Below, piece after piece: positions 27,600-38,478 of a stretch of DNA of 64,000 nucleotides. This DNA comes from Haliotis cracherodii (lineage: Eukaryota), in assembly GCF_022045235.1 (NCBI RefSeq), contig NW_027266275.1, forward strand, positions 38,316,001 to 38,380,000. Direction: 5' to 3'. Made by a program: the position numbers and the translations under genes. The notes below the pieces were generated by a model that had not been told where the DNA came from, searched no databases, and saw nothing but the letters and a program-made list of their open reading frames with translations. The first letter of the stretch is position 1. Each line of letters starts with the position of its first letter.

Positions 27600-29915
27600 C
27601 TTGGAAGAAGGCACACTTGGAAAGATACAGCAGTGAGCGAAACGTAGAGGTCAGCGGAGCAAATGCGATCGTTTTTCTGTTGTAAACAGAAGGGACGTGG
27701 GTAACGGCAACGGTAACTACGTTACGGAGTTCGAGGACTCAGAACGAGGCTCATCGACAGCTTCCGGCGTGGTCAAGCCTAATGGCATTGCAGAGGCTGA
27801 AAACAGACGGGTTTATTTCGTCTGAACACCAGGCTTAAGTTGTAACTTACAACTGAAACGTTGCATACATCAGTTTAGAGTTTGAAAAACGTGCTGGTGA
27901 AACTGGGTGTTTTTCGTGCCTCCATTACTCGGAACAGGGCGAATTTTGTTCATTTTCATATGGATCATCACTTTTAGACATTAACCTTAAACGCTGGCTG
28001 GGCCGAATAGCGATACCATATAAGAACCCTCTGTTATACCAGCCTTCACAATACCTTTTACATTCGACAAACTGACACGGGCTAGTAAGAATGTGAGGGA
28101 GACTAGATATTTTTTCAGCTACGGATGCAAAACCAGTTATAAACTATGAGCCTAAATAAAACTTTTCTTTAAAAAACACACACCTTGCAACAATTTATTT
28201 TTGGTGGCCGACATGTTCTTTTTGTTCAACAGTCTGAAGCATAATTATTTTTCAATCAATTTCTGAGACAATTTATTTGTTTCTGATAAAATCCTTCCCA
28301 CCCACACACTCACAGTCAGAGAAATCCAATTGTCCGTTCCATTTTGAAAACGCTGATGTGGACGTACAGGGGACGAATTCAGACCCCTTCTATCATTTAT
28401 GTATTTTTGTAGAATGCCAGATACGAATATTACGTCATATTTGTATTAATCTACTCTTGCATACAAGTAGGTGTCAACATAGGCTTTTTACTTGCACCTG
28501 ACCACAGCCTATGTATAAAAGCATGCCCTCTGCTTTTTCTGAAGATCACGGGCCAAAGGAACAGCAGTGAAGTCGATTTCTGGAAGGCCACAATGAAGAG
28601 ACGAGTGGAATATTGTCTGGGGCGAAGGGAGATCACTCTCAATCCCTTGTCCGACTACCGGTATTAGATGGTGAAGTGCTCGTAATATATCCTATGTGGC
28701 GACACTTGTGTTTTAGAGAAGAAAGGCAATTCTCGATTCGAACTCCATCAATAGGAAGCCACAATCATTGTTTCATTAGAAACGTTTAGCTAGTTAATTG
28801 GAATATTAAAATTCTTCAATAACAAAGTGTCCAAGAGAGCTATCCTCGAAAAATATCCCGTGTCACAATTGTCACCACATAAAAATTTAGAAGTGCCAAA
28901 TCTTAAGGTAGCCCCACCTATTCAGAAATCTTCTGCCGAGTACAGATCATGAAATTGGGACAAACCAGAACAGCAATATAGGGGCAACTTTCACTGATTA
29001 ACAATATCCATAGGAATTTATGTCTCATGTTCGGAAACCTTGGGATTTGGCCAGATGCCTATATTGCGATGCTGCTGTCGCCCAGATATTATTAGCTGTA
29101 AGGATGAAACACTGTAGACAAAACAGACAAAATTGTATAGAACGTATAGTCTTGTGCGATTCTAATAAGCCAAGAGGTTTGCCGAAACGAAAGTGAAAGT
29201 TGGGCTAAAATGTATGTGCCTAAAAATACGCCAAAATGCGCAAAGAGCGGTTATGTGGAAAGGTACTCTTTAATTCACTCTAACTCTCATACCCTCTTCC
29301 TCTCACACACACATACATACATACTCATTCAGTCTCTCTCTCTCTCTCACACACACACAGACACACACACACACACACATATTTTTAACAAACACAAGTT
29401 TGTGTTTACCGTTATACTTGCCCATGTAGCCGTCGTATACATGAAAAACAGATATAAGTTGTGTGGAAGGTGTTGAAGATCTTCTTTGGTTGGCTTCAAA
29501 ATACACTGTTTACACCTGCACATAACTTAGCTACATCATAAATTTGATATATATATCTTTGTTATCTTTAAATACCCACATCGAAAATCAATCAACATGC
29601 ACTACAAGACATACTCATCACTTCCTAAAGAAATGTTTGTATTTGGATTGCTTTATTTGAAATATGAATACTTTCTACAGACGACATATGTAACTGTTAG
29701 ACTGTGTTGAAAATGAGTGAAACGGTCGATACCAGGTACTGGAGAAATACGACCTAAGTGTGTTGATTTCACATGTGTATGTTATGTAAAGAGCATACAA
29801 ACAGTGTTAAATTATAATATCCTCTGAATTCCATTGTTGTGAAAATCCAATAATATATTCTCGAAAAGAAGATCCAGGAGAAATATAGTATATATATTAC
29901 ACATAGGGAGGGGAA

Positions 29916-30209
29916 GGGGCACGGGTGGCCCAGTCGTCAAAAGCGCCGCAATTCGCTGTGCAGAGTTGCGTTCCTTGGACACGCCAGAAACCTATAATTG
30001 TGCTTTCGAATCCCGGTTTGCCCCGATTATGTTTCTAGGTTTGGCAGCACCATACCCGTGCTCGTGGGTTTCACCGAAGTGGTAAACGTCTAAGACCTAA
30101 GACCATCTAAGCCCTGCATCTTCGGGCTTTTCTCCCACATTACGCTGACACGCCGTGATATAACTGGAATACTGTTAAAAGCGGCGTTAAACCCAACTCA
30201 CTCACTCAC
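29916..30209 (+). mobile_element. tRNA-derived SINE, family A (full length)
   Basis: A-box-like TGGCCCAGTCG, B-box-like TTCGAATCCC, tail GGAATACTGTT...GGCGTTAAACCCAAC(TCAC)n. Homologous copies at 40143-40310 (-) and 61048-61323 (+). Confidence 0.8.
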
Positions 30210-30974
30210 ACTGCCATGTGTAGTCAACTTTGACAGCCTATGGGAGATAACTTAGCCGGAAATTCCAACATCAGTGATTGTTAATGTGATACGAGTAGAG
30301 CTGTGGGGTATGTAACTGTTAGTCCTCAGCACACTTGCTTGAATAAACCCTAAGGACCTCAGAGCTCTCTCCTCTCTTGTTTCAAAGACAGAAACATTTA
30401 AATATTTCTACTTTATGTATAAACTTCTTATTTCATTGTTATTATTGTCTAGAAAATGTTAAAGTTAAGTTTGAATTAGTACTGACGTATTGTTACACTC
30501 AATCTAATACGTACAGGTTGTAAATGCAACAAGCAAGATTTATTTTATGCGTAGATGGGTTATCCCATATTTTCCGACAGTCCGCTGTTCAAAGGCTATA
30601 TGAGCATCTTTGCTCAGAATGGGCTTTAACAACGCATTTCGCATTTCTTAGGTTTTATAATCACGAAGTAAGTGTTTGAATATATAGTAAATTGCCCCGT
30701 TCCTCATCTAAAACAGTTTGGGCAGTCTACCTTATATGCTCCATGTGTTTATTTTCATTTAATGTTAATAGTCATAAATGCTTTACCATAGTTGCCTAAG
30801 TTGGCGCGCCATACCACACATAGAATTATTATGTAGGTTTTACCGTAATGCTCTATTCAAATGTGACGATTACTCAATTTAGCTGAAAGAAATGTTATTT
30901 GGAATTACCGTCATTACTCTGGTAAATATTGCATCCATTGTATAATGTTACCGTACATACTCCAATATTACATA

Positions 30975-31149
30975 CAGTAAACTACGGTTATAACGAACTC
31001 AAAGGGACTACTAATTTTAGTTCGTTATAACCGTAGTTCGTTATAAGCATATATACAACATAACTACAGCAAATAGTCGGGACCAAAAAATAAGTTCGTT
31101 ATATCCGTCAGTTCGTTATAAGCGTGTTCGTTATAACCGTAGTTTACTG
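30975..31149. mobile_element. Tc1/mariner-pogo-type MITE (175 bp)
   Basis: Perfect 24-bp TIRs CAGTAAACTACGGTTATAACGAAC, TA on both sides, internal GTTCGTTATA repeats. Confidence 0.92.
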
Positions 31150-31604
31150 TACATTGCTTTTATTCCCAGATTTAGATTGAAACTGTAATCATTATCATTG
31201 TATGTCATTATTTTATATTAATTAATTTAATTTGGTTGATATATCGACACTTGCTTGCACTAACCCTGTGGACCTCACAGTTCTCTCCTCTCTTGTTTCA
31301 ATGCTAGCTCCCAATAGCTAATTCCCCCTATCGAGGTCTGACAGTTATTTGAATAAGGTCAAAGCTGTCTTATATAGTCTAATAGGCATGATATCACAAT
31401 ATCCCCAAAATAACATTTGTTAATTTGACCACTTTCTAAAAGGCATTTTGTGTTTGTCCTTTTCGCGTCCAAGTCCCTAATCCACTGCCACATACTGTCT
31501 GCGTCTAGGAGGCCCGTGACGGTTCCACTACACACAGTCGTTCTCTTCTCTGTTCACAGAGTACTTGTAGCCTGCATGATACGCACATCTACCACCACGA
31601 AGGT

Positions 31605-32715
31605 TATTTTTATCATCTTTATTCCTCCATAGGAGAGTTACATGCAATTCATTACGGTTATACAGATATTAACAAGAGAAATAACAAGATTAGGTTAAGG
31701 GTCAGGATCTAGTGTCAAACACAGTTCTTGCAAACAGCTCATTGTCTTCTTCATTCGCTTGTACAGGAGATATGCATGACAGCAGACTGCACACTAGGTC
31801 AACGTCACACATGGAGTGTAAGGTAACCCTCAATTCTACTGAACAACAGTTGACAATTTCACACCACATACGATCCCTGATGAATTCTGATGCTCTGAAG
31901 TGGCATATCATATCGACCAGAAGATCATTATAACCTTTGTCACAACATTCTCAGTGACCATGTACTTTGCCTGGCCGCCAGAGTGCGCACATGTCCACAA
32001 CAAATTTGCAGGAGTCTTTTAGTAAGGGCCAATGCTTAGCATCTTTCCATGCTTTGTGAGGTTTGATTTTGTTGTGTATTTTTAAAAAATGGTGTAGGTC
32101 CGGGTCTGTTTGTAGACGCTGTTGCCACTCCGAGTCATGATGTTCTTCGATTTGCTTCTTGGCCTTTTTCTTCCAGAGTGATGGTTTGCAAAACTGCCCT
32201 GTGTCCATGAATGCTGTTAGATGCTCAAACATGTTGTACTTCTGTAGAATCTGAACAATGTTTGGTACAAAGCCACGAGACCTTTTGGAACATCCATTTC
32301 TTAGCAGGAATAAGCCTGTGGTGAACAATGTTCTGCTGAGGTAGTGTGTTGGGTTATTACACAGCTGCCCCAGAAACAGCAACTTTTAAGCATCTATGTA
32401 AGATTCAATTGGATAGAATCCTATCAGAGCGTTTCAGATATCTGTTCGCGTTGTTTTAGGTAGGCCTTGAACAAGTTTTACAGAGAATCTCTGAGCATGT
32501 TGAAGAGCAATTAATTCCGTTTTATTTAAATCTGACCAGAGCTCGCATCCAAACGTAGATTTGGGTAAGGACACCATTTTTAACAATTTTGAACTTGTTA
32601 GCGGATTGAGGCCTTTACGGTCACAGCCTAATCGCTGAAGGGCCATGGTGCTTGCTTTCAATTTGGAACAGGCATTGATGGTTCTGTCCCAAGAATTCAT
32701 ATTGTGATTTAAGAG
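31605..32715 (-). mobile_element. 5'-truncated, frameshifted non-LTR retrotransposon (LINE ORF2 C-terminal region and 3' tail)
   Basis: Consecutive minus-strand ORF pieces (LPKSTFGCELW...QRFSVKLVQGLPKTTRTD; LFLGQLC; degenerate Cys-rich end) resemble the post-RT region of LINEs. Ends in GGAGGAATAAAG plus an A-rich tail. Clade not determined. Confidence 0.75.
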
Positions 32716-34098
32716 GTAGACTTCTGCCTTAGCAATTTCGACTGACCTGTCCCTCTTTGGGACTCATGTGTGTGAGTAGGGTACACATGTCTATTGCGCA
32801 TTTTGGTATTCATAAAAATTCTGTGTTTGTATTGACATGAATTCTATTTTCGTTTATTGATATATTTTCGTTTTTATCGTTGGCTGTTCTGTGGCAAGAA
32901 ATACTTTGTCTACCTCTCAACATCAACATCAGGAAACAAGTTTACACCAGTAAAGTACCAGATAGATTCTGCAGCCACGTGTAATACCATTTCCGATCAG
33001 ACTGTTAGAGATATGTTTCCAGAGGCAACTATTCAAAGATCCCCGTTCATATTGGATCCTTATGGTGATGCAAAGCCCCTTCACCCGTTAGGACAAGTCA
33101 GTTTAATATGTGAACGAAAGAACAAGTTTGAACTTTTGACATTTCAAGTACTTCCCCATGATCAGTTGAAAGGAAAGCCAGCTTTACTTTCTGGCCAAGA
33201 CAGTGAAAATCTTGGACTGATAAAGATTGAAGCTGATGAGGTATTTACTTTGACTTCTAAAGTACATGATGTTGCAGATGTTACAGATGGTGGAGACTTA
33301 CCAGGGTTTCAGGCACGCAGACCAGACTGCGGTTCATCAAATCTTCAAGACTCAAATGAATCCATGTGAAAAGTAAAAAGAAACAAATGGAAATTACAGA
33401 TCCCAGTAGTCTATGTGCATGCAATCATCTTGAGACTATACACAGCAAGGTGCCTGGACAATGCACTATGCCACCTCCAGCACTATCAGAGCCTAATGTA
33501 GTAACAAGGAAAAGGATGTTACCTCCACCTGGTCAACTCACTAAGCACAACGTGCTGAAGGAATAACCAGAAAATTTTGAAGGGGCAGGGTCCCTGGGAC
33601 CTCCAGTTCATTTCAAGGTGAAAACTGATGTTGTTCCCATACAGATGCCAATACACAGAGTTCCTGTAGCGAAAAGGGAAAAGGAAAAGATTGCAATTGA
33701 TAAATATGTAGAAGCTGGTATACTAGCAAAGGTGGATGAGCCAACACCATGGTGCTCAAATGTTCTAATTAGAGCAACTCCAAAAAAGTTCAGGGTATGC
33801 ATAGATCCCAGTCAAACTGTGAACAAAGCCATCCTTTGACCAATATGTCAAATGCCGACACTCAATGAACAGCTTCACAAATTATGCAACGCCAAGTGTT
33901 TTTCACTGGTAGATGTCCGTGATGGTTTTCTTCATATTCCTTTGGATGAAGAATCATCTTTCATGACTACGATGCACACGTCTTATGACAGGTATAGATG
34001 GCTACGCCTGCCATTTGGAATTACAAGTGCACCTGAGGAGTTCCAAATAAGACTATCTGCTGCACTGGAAGGTCTTGTTGGAACCATATCAATGACTG

Positions 34099-36396
34099 AT
34101 GACATACTCATATATATCAAACACATATGAGGAGGCGGAACAGGATCATGATCGACGCTTTATAGCGTTAATGGAAAGATGCTTGACGAAAAATATCAAG
34201 TGCCAACCTTCTAAACTGAAGTTCAAAATGAAGGAACTGAAATTTGTCGGCAACATAATTACTGACAAAGGAATGAAAATGGACCCAGACAAGGTTGCTG
34301 CGATCACAGAAATGCCTCCTCCACGCAACAAGGCTGGGCTCCTGAGATTCATAGGGATGGTCAACTACTTATCACCCTTCTGTGAAAATCTGAGTGCAAC
34401 AATTCGCCCTCTCACAATGCTCACACAGGGAGGTGTACCATTCTCTTGGGCGTCAACACAAGAAACTGCATTCAATCAGGCCAAACAACTTATATCAACA
34501 GCACCTGTGCTAAGTTATTATGACCTGCAAAAGAATGTGGTATTGCAAGTGGATGCTAGTGAGGAAGGTCTTGGTGGTGCCTTACTTCAGCCTGATGCTA
34601 ATGGAAAACTTCACCCAGCAGCATTCACATCCTGCAGCATGAATGCGACAGAACAGAGATATTCCCAAATTGAGAAGGAGTGTCTTGCGATATGCAATGC
34701 ATTTGCCAAGTTTGACCAGTGGATGTACGGAAAGGCAGACATTGAAGTACATACTGATCATCAGCCATTGGAAACAATCATGAAGAAGCCACTGAACAAG
34801 GCCCCTGCAAGGCTACAAAGAATGTTGTTAAAACTACAACGCTATCACTTCACTGTCAAGTACAGAAAAGGGACATCACTTCATCTTGCAGACACACTGT
34901 CACGAGCAGCACTACCAACTCCAATCAATGTCAAGGTGACAGGGTATGAAGTATTCCGTCTAGAACACGAATATGATGAGCACAATCCACATCTCCATGA
35001 AGAAACTGAGACCAGACTCCGAGAGGAAACTGCGAAAGATCCATTGATGTCTAAGTTGTATACACTGATAGGTCATGGATGGCCAGATGACAGAAACCTA
35101 CTGGATCAAGCTTTGGCCTCCTACTGGGGCTATAGAGATGAACTTAGCATCAGGAATGGGATCATATACAAAGGTCCACTTGTGATGATCCCAAAGAGCA
35201 TGTACAGAGAGATGCTGGAAAAGATACACTTGAATCACTTTGGAGCTGAATCAAACATACGAATGGCCCGAGAGGTCCTCTTTTGGCCTGGGATGAGGAA
35301 CTCTATTCATGATATGTGCAGTGCGTGTGGAACATGTGCACAGTATGGAAATGAAGCACCCAAAGAACCCATGAAGTCTTTGCCAATACCCACCATGTCC
35401 TGGCAAATTATAAGTCAAGATTTATTTGCCTGTGAGAAAAAGACTTACCTTGTCACAGTTTGTCACTTCTCTGATTGGATTGAGGTTGACGAATTGGAAG
35501 ACACTCTCTCCGCTACAGTGATAGCCAAAACAAAGGCTCATTTCTCTCGCTATGAAATTCCAAGTGTTTGTCATACAGACAATGGACCTCAGTTCATCAG
35601 CAAAGAATATGAAGACTTTGCTCAGCAGTATCACTTCAAGCACACAACGTCTTCACCATATCATCCAAAAGGAAACGGAAAGGCTGAGTCAGCTGTCAAA
35701 GTGGCAAAAGCTATGATGAAGAAATCTGATGACAAAGAACTGGCATTCTTGAACTACAGATATACTCCTCAAAAGGGACATACCTATTCACCTGCACAAC
35801 GCATGATGAATCGTCGCACAAGGACTTTGCTGTCGACACAAAATCAACTTCTGCAGCCCCAGGTAGTGGATCCCGAAATAGTTGATAGAGAGATCAGGGG
35901 CAAAAGAATCTCTAACAAGACTCAGTACAATAGATTGTCTGGTACAGAGCATGAACCAATAGAAACTGGCAGTTATGTGTATGCTAAACCTCCACCAAAC
36001 CAGAGAGGTAAACCTTGGGCATATGGGCAAGTCATCCACAAGGACAATACAAGGTCTTACACAATAAAAACCCATGGTAGCACACTGAGAAGAAACCATG
36101 TGCAAATCAAGCAAGCAGCTGCGCCACCACCATCAAACTACTACAACTTATCACAGAGGGCGCATAATCAATTGATCTTGAAGAATGCCGAAGTCCAAAC
36201 AGCTGTACCAAGTTCACCCATGAAACCTGTGACAGATCGAAGTGTAACAGCCAAAGCCAGCCCTAACATTACACAGAATGTAGAACAATCACAGCCAGGT
36301 TTTCAACCTACAGAAAGTGTTACAGATATTACCAAGATATCTGAAGAGACTTGCTCAGTAAAACGTCCACTCAGGGAAAAAAGATTGCCTTTATGA
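34099..36396 (+). pseudogene. Gypsy pol fragment (RT C-terminus, RNase H, integrase), 765 codons open
   Basis: ORF track motifs. Disconnected from the upstream RT by a frameshift. Confidence 0.9.
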
Positions 36397-36665
36397 TACA
36401 ATGACTATATAATGCTTGAGTGAATTGATGTAATAATTGTCCACATGGACAAGCATGAATTACTGTCATGAACTTTGAGGCAAGACTATTAGATGCAGTT
36501 GCATATACAGACAGTGCCTGTGGGAACTAAGCAGATACATTAACTATCTGATCATTGCAGCTGTTGAGAACTTTTAATGGTTACAATCGTTTAATATAAT
36601 TTGAGTTAAAGGAGACATACTCTCTTTCTTTTTCCTTTTTCTTTTTTCTTCCAAAGGAGGGGAGA

Positions 36666-36866
36666 TGTTAGTATGTTCATTTCCGAGTTATTCCGATTGA
36701 TGGAAATACGAAGTTTTGCGAATGTCAGGCCGGAAGTAGCATGGTCGGGTATCCCTAACTAGATGGCCGCCCGCATGTGTTGTGATCGAGGCCGGTGTAT
36801 CGTCAAGTGTAATAAAGCCTCTGCAAATCAAGAAAACTGAACTGTGTCTTTATCATTGGTCCAACG
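36666..36866 (+). repeat. 3' LTR (~200 bp) preceded by a polypurine tract
   Basis: PPT AAAGGAGGGGAGA at 36653-36665, then TGTTAG, internal AATAAA, and an end CCAACG (probably mutated ...AACA). The right boundary is inferred. Confidence 0.7.
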
Positions 36867-36912
36867 AGGTTGGAAACTCTATTAAGTTATCGAGGTACTT
36901 CTTTAATTTCGG

Positions 36913-36985
36913 GACCCGTGAAGATCCGGGCTAGAATACGTCTTCAGCAACCCATGCTTGCCTTAAAAGGCATCTATGCTTGTCA
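36913..36985 (+). mobile_element. SINE family B, 5' fragment, followed by (GT)n at ~36996-37030
   Basis: GACCCGTGAAGATCCGGG...CTTCAGCAACCCATGCTTG is shared with the copies at 50280 and 51776. Confidence 0.7.
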
Positions 36986-36996
36986 ATTATATATAT

Positions 36997-37033
<37 letters not shown>

Positions 37034-37334
37034 GATATCTCATCTATTCAAAATCGTTTTGGCTTTGGATTCATTGTTGATTGTTTCAATTGCCTGTTCA
37101 CCACCTAGCATGGCCCTTAGGGTTTCATAAACGTTACCATTTGTATGCAAAAGATTTGCCTTCGTTAAGTCTTGTAATCTAATCATCGAAGCGGCCAGGC
37201 TTGTGGACTAGGACACAAATATCGTCGTCAAAAACATCCGATATCAAATGTACCGTATTTCCTCTATCATATATTCATTTCGCGAGAGCCGTTTGTAACC
37301 TCGGGGCTTGTATTGGAGACCAAGCGTCTAACAA

Positions 37335-38352
37335 AATAATGGGCAAAAGAAACGCCAGCAAACAACTTTCTGGTCTAAAACAAAACAGACGCAAATTCTA
37401 GCAACAGTTCTAGTTTTAGTTTTATTATAAAAAAAACCCAAACAATTATTCAAAAACGGTATTTGAAAATGACAAGATAAAAAACTATGTACTTAAAGTT
37501 CTGCAGACACGTTTATCATGCTGGGTGCACTGTCCAGTATTCGATCACACCAGCAGAATCGACGTCGATCTCTTTTAAAGTCCTGTACTACACACATTGC
37601 ACAATATTGGATGTGACCCCCTCCAGCAACGGTGCAGGCCCCAACACGACGTCGAACTGAGTACACGAGTCTCCTGACATCCTGATTAGGGATCCTACGC
37701 CATTCTTCCTGCAGTCCAATTGCCAAGGCATCCCTCGTCAATGGCGGCTGTTGGCGTTTGCGAATCCTGCGTCCAAGTTGGTCCCAGAGGTGCTCTATGG
37801 GCGACAGGTCCGGTGATCTGGCTGGCCATTGTAATACGGTCACGTTGTTGGCGTTCTGAAAGTTGCTAGTGACTCGAGCTGTGTTAGGGTCGGCGTTGTC
37901 CTGCTGAAACAGCGTCCGTGGGTGTCGTTGCAGGAAAGGCAGTACCACAGGCCCCAAAACCTCATAAATGTAACGACGTGCAGTGAGATTTTCGTCGATG
38001 ATAACCAGATCTGTCTTCTGGTCCCCGCAGATGCCACCCCAGACCATGACACTACCACCACCATAAGGTAAGTCGAGGCATGTTCGTTGTTTTGAACGGT
38101 TTCTTGTGATGAGAGAGTACGATTCTGCTCATGTTTTATACCAAAATTCTATACGGGTAACTTTGTGTACATTTTGCATTTTGTAGAGATTAAATTCACT
38201 TTTCTCGCAAATCACGTGAAGCACGTGCACATGTTCACATGGAACATAGCATTCAAGCTATGTGTTCCCAACTGTTTTCGTGCTGTTTGGCAAATTTGTT
38301 GAAAACTGACGACCATTATTTATTTGGTGGCCTTTCTTTTGCCCGCTAGTTT
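37335..38352 (-). mobile_element. Tc1 (DD34E) element with internal deletion
   Basis: FQQDNA-x-SPDLSPIE with 34 residues between D and E. ATG at 38081 (MPRLT) is joined out of frame directly to YGGGSVMVWG. Degenerate TIRs GGGCAAAAGAAA(C/G)GCCA(G/C)CA at both ends. Confidence 0.85.
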
Positions 38353-38478
38353 AAATAGTGGCAATACCGATATGGTATACAGTTCTTATGGGTGATCGGC
38401 GGCCATTTTGTTATGGATCGAAATGAAGGCTATCGATGTATTCATACGCACGGTTTTGGTGTTAAAAGGCTTATTATA

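Larger units (their letters stand above)
1..29380. repeat. Tandem array of 8 ~3.3-kb units (macrosatellite or tandem gene array)
   Basis: Landmark CTAAG(A/C)GAAGATCTTCC recurs at 1, 3309, 6836, 10196, 16674, 19980, 23295 and 26610, and the ORF track repeats per unit. Periods are 3308, 3527, 3360, 6478 (includes a 3.17-kb insertion), 3306, 3315 and 3315. Homology ends in a CA tract at ~29,380. Confidence 0.98.
32880..36866 (+). mobile_element. Ty3/Gypsy LTR retrotransposon, decayed pol plus 3' LTR; gag and 5' LTR missing
   Basis: Order PR (QIDSAATCN), RT (RLPFGITSAPEEFQ, TDDILIY), RNase H (VDASEEGLGGALLQ, TDHQPL), IN (HLNHFG..CSAC, TDNGPQF, NGKAESAV). Stops at ~33565 and ~33838 and a frameshift near 34120. 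Confidence 0.95.
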
